Shown here: positions 11,356 through 22,125 of the stretch, one piece after another | Layout of the letters: the number at the start of each line of letters is the position of its first letter | Position numbering within the stretch: the stretch's first letter is position 1 | NCBI GenBank assembly: GCA_013239625.1 | Contig: MU053314.1 | Coordinates: 19,310-83,309, forward strand | DNA length: 64,000 nucleotides | Origin: Lama guanicoe | Lineage: Eukaryota | Reading direction: 5' to 3' | Made by a program: the position numbers and the translations under genes | The notes under the pieces: model-generated | The model's input: the letters and a program-made list of their open reading frames with translations, nothing else | Databases searched by the model: none | What the model was told of the DNA's origin: nothing

Positions 11356-12222
11356 CTGTTTAAAAAGAAAATCCGTTCACTTTACAAATGAGACAAAAGT
11401 TGATACCAGTTACCAGTTGTCAAGGCAATGGCAGAATACTAAACGGTGGCTGTTTTGCTCCTTTGGCTTCTACAGTCTGCTTTCTGGGTGGGGCAGACAT
11501 GTGTGAGATCACATCGCTGAGTTCAGACGCGCTTCCCTCGGCATCACACGCTACCATTAAGTTTTACTGTGACACCATTAACCACGCTTCACTGCCTCCT
11601 TGTCAAGCTTTTCAAGCAAATAATTACAGAGTATTCATATCCAGAATCATTCCTCTATTACCAATTAGAAAAAATATGCTCTCCAATACTGTGAGATTCC
11701 TCCTCCTTCCAAAAGAAGTCACTTTGTTTAAAAATTGTAAAAGCGTTTATATATCCATTTCACTTCCATGTGAATCACGTGCAAAACTTTAAAAGTCAAC
11801 ACTAATGCCAAACATAAGACCTTAAAAGAATCATTTTATGGTGTTTTTCTGATTTGTGATTTTCTACACTTCAAATACATTTATGAAAAAAATACATTTA
11901 TGAAAGAATTTTGTGCAACCTTCTTTCTTTATCTGGTGTTGTTTCATCTATAGAATCTTAAATTTTGATTGTGTAAATACTACATACTTTGTAGCACCTG
12001 CATACCAAAAAGTAGTATTTAAGCTCAAATTTTCTTATGTTAACTATATAATTATGCAAATTGGCTCTTAAAATCTTGATGTCTAAAACTCTTTAGTAGG
12101 TGGAAGATATATTTACTCATAGCAATGTTGGCTATGTCTCTCTGACTCGTTTACAATTAGTCACAGAAGAATCAGGACAGCCATCGAGGTTGTAAAGTAA
12201 GGGTATTAGAAATCACCTAGAC

Positions 12223-12413
12223 CTGTGGTTCTCTAAGGATGGTCCTTGGCCAAGGTGCATTCACATCACCAGGTAACAAACATGTCAGAAATGCAAATTC
12301 TCAGGGCCCCACCTAGACCGCTGCTATCAGACCTATGGTAGGTGGGTCTCAGCATTCCCTTTGAACTAGCACTTCTGGTTACGCTGAGTCATGTGTAAAT
12401 GTGAGAACCAGCG
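12223..12413. mobile_element. MER5A-like hAT-Charlie DNA transposon
   Basis: TIR-like ends ctgtggttctc / gagaaccagcg, internal agaaatgcaaattctcagggccccacc, flanked by CTAG-centred target sites. Confidence 0.85.
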
Positions 12414-13287
12414 GACTAGCCCAGTGCTTCCAGACAGACCCCTGCCCACTGGGCAGTGAGCTGATGGACAAATCATACCTGTCAGGGGGAAAGTTACAAC
12501 CAGCAGCAACTCCTTAGAAATTATTTAACTTAAATATGATATCTTAATGGAACTTTCTGGTACTAGGGTAAGCTCTCTTAATGAAGACAATGGTGATAGC
12601 AAGTCTCCTTTTCAGGTCCTCTTTTAGCAAAGTTAAAAGTCAGCAACTATGTATTCATTCTTAGTATTTCTTTTGTGTTGGGAGGGTGGGGCAGCTACTG
12701 GGTTGGTGGTGAGTAAACCACAGCCAAGATCAAGGCTTTTTATTTGTAGATGTAAAACTGACCCAGCGAGATGAAGAGCTCCCCTAAGTCAATATGTACC
12801 TACACTAGAGCAGGACGGAGCCTCACACCTCTGTCCCTGCGACCCAGTGCCACTGTATCATCACGTTCTCCCCAGGACCACGGATGGAAGGACAGGATTT
12901 CAAGGCACACAGTTTGACAGGTTCTAGAAACACCAAGAGTAGACATGATGAGTGATATGCACAGTGAGAAACAGGGAGTTGATCAGGAGAAAGGGTAATG
13001 GGTGAGCAAGTCCCTGTGGACCAGGCAGGGCTAGGCCAGAGACCGAGACGGGGGCGGGGGGTCTACAACTGCGTGGAGACCCAGCACCCCACACTTCAGT
13101 TCCTGCTGTGTCTTCCTTTAGATAACCCCCCTCTTCCTGCACATTGTGCCACAAAGAACACAGAATTCACGGGAAATGCCTTTTTTAACCCTTAGCAGGG
13201 AGCATACAAAATTTCACCTGAGGTCTAGCTACACTGAATATTACATACATTCATGAAAATTAGCCAAATATATATTAAAATCTGGGT

Positions 13288-13545
13288 TTTTCTCCCAGTT
13301 TTACTGAGAAAAACTTGACACGCATCACTAAGTTTAATGTGTACAGCATGATGGCTTGATGTACAGACACTGTGAGATGATTATCATAGTAGGTTCAGCC
13401 AACACCATCATGACATACAGACAGGATAAAAAGAAAAGAAAGAAGAAAAGAATAAAGAAAAACAGTTCTCCTTGTGATGAGGACTCTTAGGATTAACTCA
13501 GCTTTGCTACAATCAGACAGCAGTGCTCGCTGCAGCCCTGTGTGC
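13288..13545 (-). mobile_element. L1MA9/L1_Art-like 3' end
   Basis: Antisense ccagttttactgag … gtgtacagcatgatg … ccttgtgatgaggactcttaggat. Confidence 0.75.
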
Positions 13546-13840
13546 ATCCAGCCCCAGGCTGACAAAGTAAGCTATGGGTCACTCAGCAGTGCGGATTTAC
13601 CACATTAACACGACAGATCTGCCTAAAACCACAACACACCCCAAGGCTTGACTTCTTTTTGAGGGGAGCTCACATATATATTGCACAAACTCAGGAATTA
13701 GCTGGGCAAATTTCACAATCCCTGTGCTTCATTGCTCTATGTGGGTTTTATTTTGCTTGTTTCCATTCGCCGTCTCTACCAAAGTAAGGCCAGCGAGGGG
13801 ATCAAACTCCCGCAACACGTCCACTCCTGACACCACCCAC

Positions 13841-13925
13841 CTGCTGCTTCGCACGGGTGCTCCGAATAGAAGAGTTCGGAAATGTCTCCCACAGAAAAAT
13901 CCCTCTTCCATGGACTCAAGAAGTT
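13841..13925 (-). pseudogene. Candidate exon, 85 nt (ELLESMEEGFFCGRHFRTLLFGAPVRSS)
   Basis: Acceptor ctgctctttgtAG, donor cag|GTGGGT. Open in the incoming phase-1 frame. Confidence 0.65.
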
Positions 13926-14048
13926 CTACAAAGAGCAGATTATTCCTATCTCCCAGATACTCTCATTAAAAGTTCAATTTTTCCTGGATCTTAAGCTACC
14001 ATGAGTAAAATAGTAAACAGAATAGTAAACTTGTTCTTAATCGTTTAC

Positions 14049-14093
14049 CTTTGATGTTCAGCAGAGCCAGGAGCAGCATCGGAGCACCGAGTC
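14049..14093 (-). pseudogene. Candidate exon, 45 nt (GLGAPMLLLALLNIK)
   Basis: Acceptor cctcctccactcccAG, donor aag|GTAAAC. Phase 1 to 1 matches both neighbours. Confidence 0.65.
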
Positions 14094-14238
14094 CTGGGAG
14101 TGGAGGAGGCGGGGCGGGGGGTCACTGAAGACACCCCACCTTCTCTGAGACACAAGTACACCCCCGTGTAATTTCTCCCGGAAGCCTCCACCAGCGCCAG
14201 GCGGCCAGACCCCAGGAGTGAGGATCCTCAGGTCTCAC

Positions 14239-14443
14239 CTCCTGGACGCTGCAGCTCTGCCGTGTCAGGGGTGTAAGACGTCCGGGGGAACCACTTCCCG
14301 CAGGCGCCAGGACTAAGAGCTCTCAGCTGTGCTTGTTTTTCCATTGCTTCTTCATGGGCCGGGCCTGGAGGCATGATAGCCAGCCCTCGTGGAGTTGGCA
14401 GAGGACCCGTGTATTCATTGGCTCAGGGGCCGTAATAGAACAT
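14239..14443 (-). pseudogene. Candidate exon, 205 nt, with an inferred 1-nt frameshift
   Basis: Acceptor tttttcattttttcctAG, donor gag|GTGAGA. Reads CSITAPEPMNTRVLCQLHEGWLSCLQARPMKKQWK, then KQAQLRALSPGACGKWFPRTSYTPDTAELQRPG if one A is added to the run at 14336-14340. Confidence 0.65.
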
Positions 14444-15539
14444 CTAGGAAAAAATGAAAAACACCTAGAGTCTGTACATCCACAGGAAAAAATTAAACAA
14501 AAATGACACACGAAGAAACCCCCCCCCCTTCTGGCAACGGTGAGTCACGACAGCGCGCTAGTCTTCATCGCTGTCTCCCTTCTGCTCACTTTAGGGTGGA
14601 CAGTGCGCCCCTCAGCAGTAAGAACGCCACCTTCAGTTTGCAAAGTGTAGCAACTGCAAACCACCAACCTGTAATCTCAAACGTCTTGCTGTGTCTAAGG
14701 AGTAAGAGGCACAGTCACAAACGCACGTCTGGGGACAGTTCAGGACTCAGAGCGATTCAGAGCCACAGAGGCCCCCACTATGCGCACATGGAGCAGCTGC
14801 CCGTTCTGTGCGCTGCATTTTATCACCATCATTCTCTTGTTTTACTGAACGTCCATTTCATCTCTTTCCTGCGTTTCTTATTTAACTTCTATGTTTTACT
14901 GAAGTGGAGCTGATTCACGTTAGTTTCAGGTGGAATGGGGGAGTCATCTGGGTGGCTCTGGTGCATCTTACAGCACAATTTGAACGTGCCCTGGGCCAGA
15001 GATGAAGGCATGACTGTCACTTGTGCTTAGCTGCTGCACACTTTCTCAATTCTCTTATGAAGTTAGTTTCCAGCAGAGCTGGAAAGTGCTGGGAAAATAG
15101 GCTTGACCACACATTCAGATAATAAAGCTATTAAGACTATGCCTGTGTACCCACTTTAAATGGCTCAATGTCTTGACCTCATGGGCTTTAAAAACACACA
15201 CCCCCAAAAACTGTACTAAGATAACTTGCCTTATAATAGATACAGGTTCAAAAGTTAATCAAATTACAGTGATTAATGGTAAGGGCTATGCTCATCAACT
15301 TATACCTGATCATGAAATAAATACAGGAGAAAGGAATTATTTTATGGAGAGAGAAAACACAAAATCACACCCAATTTGTTTCAACAACTGACATAAACTT
15401 GAGGCTGGTTACTAGGGCTGTATCTCCATGTGAGCCAAAGTAGAAAATTAAGAAGTTAACAGGAAAGCTTTACAGCGACGTCCTATTTCAATCACAGTTT
15501 AACACACCTTCTCACTACGCGGAAATAACTGGGGCTCAC

Positions 15540-15599
15540 CGCCGCTTGGATTTTGCTGCGTGGCTCTCGCTCTTTTGCCCTACAATAGTGCCGCATGTG
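15540..15599 (-). pseudogene. Candidate exon, 60 nt (TCGTIVGQKSESHAAKSKRR)
   Basis: Acceptor tttctgctttctcAG, donor gcg|GTGAGC, symmetric length. Confidence 0.65.
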
Positions 15600-15791
15600 C
15601 TGAGAAAGCAGAAATCACCTACTGAGAGGTAAATGAACGTACATCCATTAAAATTCTCATTCACGTGAAAGTATTTATTCATTAAGATGAAGACGTCTAC
15701 GGAATGCCTATTACTGTTGAGAACTGCACTGGGAATCATGCAACATGTGAAAATCTCGTGAGCAAAGCTTACAACCAAGAAGGAAACTTAC

Positions 15792-15866
15792 CCAAAGGCA
15801 GGCCTGGACTTTGCAGCGGCTGCGGGGCTGATGTCCTGCCGGGGAAGAGTGTCCTGGCTCAACCAC
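15792..15866 (-). pseudogene. Candidate exon, 75 nt (WLSQDTLPRQDISPAAAAKSRPAFG)
   Basis: Acceptor ctttgacttggcAG, consensus donor tgg|GTAAGT, symmetric length. Confidence 0.6.
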
Positions 15867-15896
15867 CTGCCAAGTCAAAGCCCAAAATGTACAGTG

Positions 15897-16520
15897 GAAG
15901 ACTCAAAAATACAGATACTCGACAATATAATAACTGCAACACCATCATCTAATGAAAAACAGTCCCGTAAACCACCCCTTACAGAAACAAGCAGAAAATG
16001 TGATCTATAAACTGGATAGAAATTAGTTCATAAAAACAGACCCAAAATGGTATAAATCCTGAACTTAGCAGACAATCCCTTAAAAAGGTGCTGCAGAAAT
16101 ACTCGGGAAATTGAAAAGCAGTCATGAAAACAAAGAGGGAAAAGACAGGAGAAGGTACGCAGACATATACACACCAACGTGCAGACAAGGAACCCTGAAG
16201 AGCACAACGTGAAATGGAAAACGTGCTAGCTGAAACTGAAAGCAAATTAAACCCTGAGGAAAGAAGACGCACTTGAGGACAAAGCGGTACCAACTGCACA
16301 AACTGGAGCACAGGAAGGAGAGACGGCAGCTAACAAGTACTGTGAGCAAGTCTGGGAGCTGGCGCTCCAGGAGGGAGGAAATATGCAGAGAAGAGAGGCC
16401 AAATTTCTCCAAATAAATAAAAATTACAGAGCCACAGATCCAAGAAAGCTCCACAAACCCCATGCAAAATAAATACAGAGAAAACATTAAGGCGTCATAA
16501 TCAAATTGCTGTCAAATCAA
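15897..16520 (+). mobile_element. Old L1 ORF1-region remnant (second copy 17855-18445)
   Basis: A-rich; agatccaagaaagctccacaaacccca … cataatcaaattgct resembles L1 ORF1. Confidence 0.65.
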
Positions 16521-16699
16521 ATCAAACTGTGTCAGCGATATGTACACAGTTTAAAAAACATACTGCAATATGTAATATTTACTGCATTTTAAAGTATTTC
16601 AGACCTACAGCAGTTTAGGGAAAAAATGAAAAACACCTAGAGTCTGTACATCCACAGGAAAAAATTAAACAAAAATGACACACGAAGAAACCCCCCCCC

Positions 16700-16822
16700 N
16701 NNNNNNNNNNNNNNNNNNNNNNNNNNNNNNNNNNNNNNNNNNNNNNNNNNNNNNNNNNNNNNNNNNNNNNNNNNNNNNNNNNNNNNNNNNNNNNNNNNNN
16801 NNNNNNNNNNNNNNNNNNNNNN
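16700..16822. other. Assembly gap (N)
   Basis: Run of N. Confidence 1.
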
Positions 16823-18557
16823 CTATGCGCACATGGAGCAGCTGCCCGTTCTGTGCGCTGCATTTTATCACCATCATTCTCTTGTTTTACTGAACGTCCA
16901 TTTCATCTCTTTCCTGCGTTTCTTATTTAACTTCTATGTTTTACTGAAGTGGAGCTGATTCACGTTAGTTTCAGGTGGAATGGGGGAGTCATCTGGGTGG
17001 CTCTGGTGCATCTTACAGCACAATTTGAACGTGCCCTGGGCCAGAGATGAAGGCATGACTGTCACTTGTGCTTAGCTGCTGCACACTTTCTCAATTCTCT
17101 TATGAAGTTAGTTTCCAGCAGAGCTGGAAAGTGCTGGGAAAATAGGCTTGACCACACATTCAGATAATAAAGCTATTAAGACTATGCCTGTGTACCCACT
17201 TTAAATGGCTCAATGTCTTGACCTCATGGGCTTTAAAAACACACACCCCCAAAAACTGTACTAAGATAACTTGCCTTATAATAGATACAGGTTCAAAAGT
17301 TAATCAAATTACAGTGATTAATGGTAAGGGCTATGCTCATCAACTTATACCTGATCATGAAATAAATACAGGAGAAAGGAATTATTTTATGGAGAGAGAA
17401 AACACAAAATCACACCCAATTTGTTTCAACAACTGACATAAACTTGAGGCTGGTTACTAGGGCTGTATCTCCATGTGAGCCAAAGTAGAAAATTAAGAAG
17501 TTAACAGGAAAGCTTTACAGCGACGTCCTATTTCAATCACAGTTTAACACACCTTCTCACTGTCTCAAGTCCACGTGTGGACCAATGGAAAATCCTCGCC
17601 ACCAAGGTGCTGAACTGTTGTCATCGTGGAAAAGAGAGGCTTTCCTTGCCATTTAATAGGGCTAAACGCCACGGTTACTAAGAACCTACCCAGGGCTCTC
17701 TCCTGGCCCCCAACCCCAAACCCAGCTGCACTCCCCACGCTTGCTGGGGGGCCAAGGGCAACAGCGAACACCTCACTCACTAGCAACTCTCCTACAACAG
17801 ACGTGTTCGGTGCAGCCGCGTAAATTACACAGCCCTTCACCTTGGCTAATGAGAGAAGACTCAAAAATACAGATACTCGACAATATAATAACTGCAACAC
17901 CATCATCTAATGAAAAACAGTCCCGTAAACCACCCCTTACAGAAACAAGCAGAAAATGTGATCTATAAACTGGATAGAAATTAGTTCATAAAAACAGACC
18001 AAAAATGGTATAAATCCTGAACTTAGCAGACAATCCCTTAAAAAGGTGCTGCAGAAATACTCGGGAAATTGAAAAGCAGTCATGAAAACAAAGAGGGAAA
18101 AGACAGGAGAAGGTACGCAGACATATACACACCAACGTGCAGACAAGGAACCCTGAAGAGCACAACGTGAAATGGAAAACGTGCTAGCTGAAACTGAAAG
18201 CAAATTAAACCCTGAGGAAAGAAGACGCACTTGAGGACAAAGCGGTACCAACTGCACAAACTGGAGCACAGGAAGGAGAGACGGCAGCTAACAAGTACTG
18301 TGAGCAAGTCTGGGAGCTGGCGCTCCAGGAGGGAGGAAATATGCAGAGAAGAGAGGCCAAATTTCTCCAAATAAATAAAAATTACAGAGCCACAGATCCA
18401 AGAAAGCTCCACAAACCCCATGCAAAAATCAAATTGCTATCAAATCAAACTGTGTCAGCGATATGTACACAGTTTAAAAAACATACTGCAATATGTAATA
18501 TTTACTGCATTTTAAAGTATTTCAGACCTACAGCAGTTTAGGGAAAAAAAAAAATGA

Positions 18558-19016
18558 NNNNNNNNNNNNNNNNNNNNNNNNNNNNNNNNNNNNNNNNNNN
18601 NNNNNNNNNNNNNNNNNNNNNNNNNNNNNNNNNNNNNNNNNNNNNNNNNNNNNNNNNNNNNNNNNNNNNNNNNNNNNNNNNNNNNNNNNNNNNNNNNNNN
18701 NNNNNNNNNNNNNNNNNNNNNNNNNNNNNNNNNNNNNNNNNNNNNNNNNNNNNNNNNNNNNNNNNNNNNNNNNNNNNNNNNNNNNNNNNNNNNNNNNNNN
18801 NNNNNNNNNNNNNNNNNNNNNNNNNNNNNNNNNNNNNNNNNNNNNNNNNNNNNNNNNNNNNNNNNNNNNNNNNNNNNNNNNNNNNNNNNNNNNNNNNNNN
18901 NNNNNNNNNNNNNNNNNNNNNNNNNNNNNNNNNNNNNNNNNNNNNNNNNNNNNNNNNNNNNNNNNNNNNNNNNNNNNNNNNNNNNNNNNNNNNNNNNNNN
19001 NNNNNNNNNNNNNNNN
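18558..19016. other. Assembly gap (N)
   Basis: Run of N. Confidence 1.
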
Positions 19017-20464
19017 CGTTCTGTGCGCTGCATTTTATCACCATCATTCTCTTGTTTTACTGAACGTCCATTTCATCTCTTTCCTGCGTTTCTTATTTAA
19101 CTTCTATGTTTTACTGAAGTGGAGCTGATTCACGTTAGTTTCAGGTGGAATGGGGGAGTCATCTGGGTGGCTCTGGTGCATCTTACAGCACAATTTGAAC
19201 GTGCCCTGGGCCAGAGATGAAGGCATGACTGTCACTTGTGCTTAGCTGCTGCACACTTTCTCAATTCTCTTATGAAGTTAGTTTCCAGCAGAGCTGGAAA
19301 GTGCTGGGAAAATAGGCTTGACCACACATTCAGATAATAAAGCTATTAAGACTATGCCTGTGTACCCACTTTAAATGGCTCAATGTCTTGACCTCATGGG
19401 CTTTAAAAACACACACCCCCAAAAACTGTACTAAGATAACTTGCCTTATAATAGATACAGGTTCAAAAGTTAATCAAATTACAGTGATTAATGGTAAGGG
19501 CTATGCTCATCAACTTATACCTGATCATGAAATAAATACAGGAGAAAGGAATTATTTTATGGAGAGAGAAAACACAAAATCACACCCAATTTGTTTCAAC
19601 AACTGACATAAACTTGAGGCTGGTTACTAGGGCTGTATCTCCATGTGAGCCAAAGTAGAAAATTAAGAAGTTAACAGGAAAGCTTTACAGCGACGTCCTA
19701 TTTCAATCACAGTTTAACACACCTTCTCACTGTCTCAAGTCCACGTGTGGACCAATGGAAAATCCTCGCCACCAAGGTGCTGAACTGTTGTCATCGTGGA
19801 AAAGAGAGGCTTTCCTTGCCATTTAATAGGGCTAAACGCCACGGTTACTAAGAACCTACCCAGGGCTCTCTCCTGGCCCCCAACCCCAAACCCAGCTGCA
19901 CTCCCCACGCTTGCTGGGGGGCCAAGGGCAACAGCGAACACCTCACTCACTAGCAACTCTCCTACAACAGACGTGTTCGGTGCAGCCGCGTAAATTACAC
20001 AGCCCTTCACCTTGGCTAATGAGACTCCTGGGGAGAAGGTGACAGTAAAGAGGAGCAGCTGGTGGCCTCTGGGGCCACAGACTGTGGCCCGTGGCTCAGC
20101 CTGTAAAGCCCAGGGAGACCGGGACCATAACTGCTTTGCCAAAACACACCGCGATAATTCTAAAATGTCTCCTGTCTCGGTGCTGTGCCGTGAGGACTCC
20201 CTGTAGGGCCTGACTGCTGTTAGGACGGGATCGGGTGTGGGAAACTGCGGGGGCGAATGATGGGGAAAGATTAGGATTATTCAAAAGAAAGGAAATAAGA
20301 ATAAAAGGAGTAAAAAAAAAGTCTCAGAAAAATTAAACTGAACCTTATGTATTCAGAAGGTGGATGAAAAATAGCATTAAAAAGGACACACAGATGGCGT
20401 GAGCATGAAAGTGTCAGGATCACTGAACATGGTGAGGCGCCCTGCCTGCCTCTCCAGCCTTCAC

Positions 20465-20588
20465 CCTCTGCAAGACTGGGATTTGCTCAGGCTACCCAGC
20501 CCTAATGCAACTTTAAAAAGCTGATTATTACACAGAAAGGAATTTATCGTCTCTGAGTCAGGGCCAACTACAAAGGTGAAGAGTGACC
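20465..20588 (-). pseudogene. Candidate exon, 124 nt, phase 1 to 2 (GSLFTFVVGPDSETINSFLCNNQLFKVALGLGSLSKSQSCRG)
   Basis: Acceptor ctcctgtcatccAG, moderate donor agg|GTgaag. Open in the frame that continues into the next three exons. Confidence 0.45.
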
Positions 20589-21354
20589 CTGGATGACAGG
20601 AGGGCCAAGGCCACTTGGCGCAGCCCCAGCGAGGGCCCAAAGCGGTGACGTGACCTGGGAGCGGCCTGAGGACGAGGATTCTAGAAGTGTTTCCCACACA
20701 CAAATCTGGTGCCCTGGCGCCGGCTGCAGTCAGCACATCCAGAGACTTGTTGAGCCACCGTCGGGATGCAGGGCAAACAGGAAGCAGGGCTTTGTCGGGA
20801 GAAGTGTCATCTCGCCCTGCAGCATGCGTTCCTGGGCTGCACACGACGTTCAAGTGGAAGGTCTCATCTCACCCAGCTGATGGGGAATGTCCTGCAAATC
20901 TGTTCTCCGCTCCCTTTTAATGGGGCATAGCAAACGGAAGCCTTTAAAATGTTCTAAGCCCATTCAAGTGGCTAATTTAAAACAATTAGGATAGACCGGG
21001 GTTGGACCCCTGAGGCGCATGAAGAAATTTTGGTTTTAATTAAAGTTCTTGTAGATGCAGGTGTATCCACACCCAAAAATTCCTGGTTTAACGGCCTGTG
21101 AGGAAAGCGGAGGGAACCTAGAGACAATGTGGATTGTCCAAATCCTGGGAAATAACAGCCCTGGGCCACCGGCAGCACCCAAGTGACAGTAAATGTTCAA
21201 ATTGTGCGACAAGCTAAGGGGGCTGTGTGGCTAATGCTTTCTCTCCGTTTCTCCTCATGAAGAAATTCAAAGCCACCACTTTGCATTTATGTAAACTGGA
21301 TGGAAAAACACACTTTCACTGTGTTTTCACAAAGGTGTTTAGACTCTCCTGCTT

Positions 21355-22125
21355 GTGCCAGGACTCACTCATCTTACAGCTGGAGGTTTGGTCCCTGTGA
21401 CCATCACCTCCCCCCACCCCCCCAGCTCTCGTTCTACTTGTTTTGGTGAGCTTGGCTTTTTTGGACTCCACATTCGAGATTACACAGTATTTGTCTTTCT
21501 CCGACGTATCTCACTTAGCATAATCCCCTCAAGGTCCACCCATGCTGCCACAATGGCAGGTGGCCTTCTTCTGCACGGCTGGGTGACACCCATCATAATA
21601 CTCCGTACCACACCCTCTTCATCACATCCACTAGTGACAGGCGCTTAGGTTGTCTCCGTATTTTGACTGCTGTGAATAATGCTGCTGTGAACACGAGAGT
21701 GCAGACAGCTCTTCAGTGTCGTTTTCATCTCCTTTACGTAAACACCCAGGAGTGGGACTGCTGGGTCATGTGGCAGTTCTGCGTTTAGTTTTCTGAGGAC
21801 CCTCCATCCTGTTTTCCACAGGGGCTACACAGTTTACGTTCCCACCAACAGTGCACGAGGGCTCCCTTTTCTCCACGTCCTCACCAACACTTGTTATGTC
21901 CAGTCTTTCTGACGATGGCCATTCCGACAGGTGTGAGGTGGCACCCCGTGTGGCTCTAGTTTGCATTTACCTGATGATGAGAGATGTTGAGAATCTTCTC
22001 ATGGGCCTCTTGGCCGTTTGTATAATTAGGTCTTCAGGAAAATGTTCAGTTCCTTTTCCCATTTTTTAATCAGATTGTTTTTTCTTCCACCGAGTTGTGT
22101 GAGTTCTTTACATTTTTTGCATATT
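21355..22125 (-). mobile_element. L1MA-type ORF2 end / 3' UTR
   Basis: Minus frame GEDVEKREPSCTVGGNVN; cacttagcataatcccctcaaggtccacccatg. Confidence 0.92.

Larger units (their letters stand above)
14447..20024. repeat. Shuffled triplicated block with N gaps (X-U-Y / X-Z-Y / X-Z)
   Basis: X=14447-15516 recurs at 16619-17561 and ~18541-19731. Y=15897-16620 recurs at 17855-18545. Z=17562-17854 recurs at 19732-20024. Confidence 0.95.
1827..20588 (-). pseudogene. Putative multi-exon CCDC82-like (DUF4211) gene remnant
   Basis: Chain of AG/GT-bounded minus-strand segments with mostly compatible phases. Conceptual translation shows motifs resembling the CCDC82 C-terminus (remembered sequence). Contains in-frame stops and frameshifts. 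Confidence 0.6.

Noticed and set aside
14239..15866. Alternative frame VVEPGH…HMRHYCRAK…MFYYGP*
   Set aside because: Stops at 14425-14423 and does not match the phase of the upstream candidate exon. The phase-2 frame is preferred, though not proven.
16615..19063. Long ORFs full of X
   Set aside because: Artefacts of N gaps.
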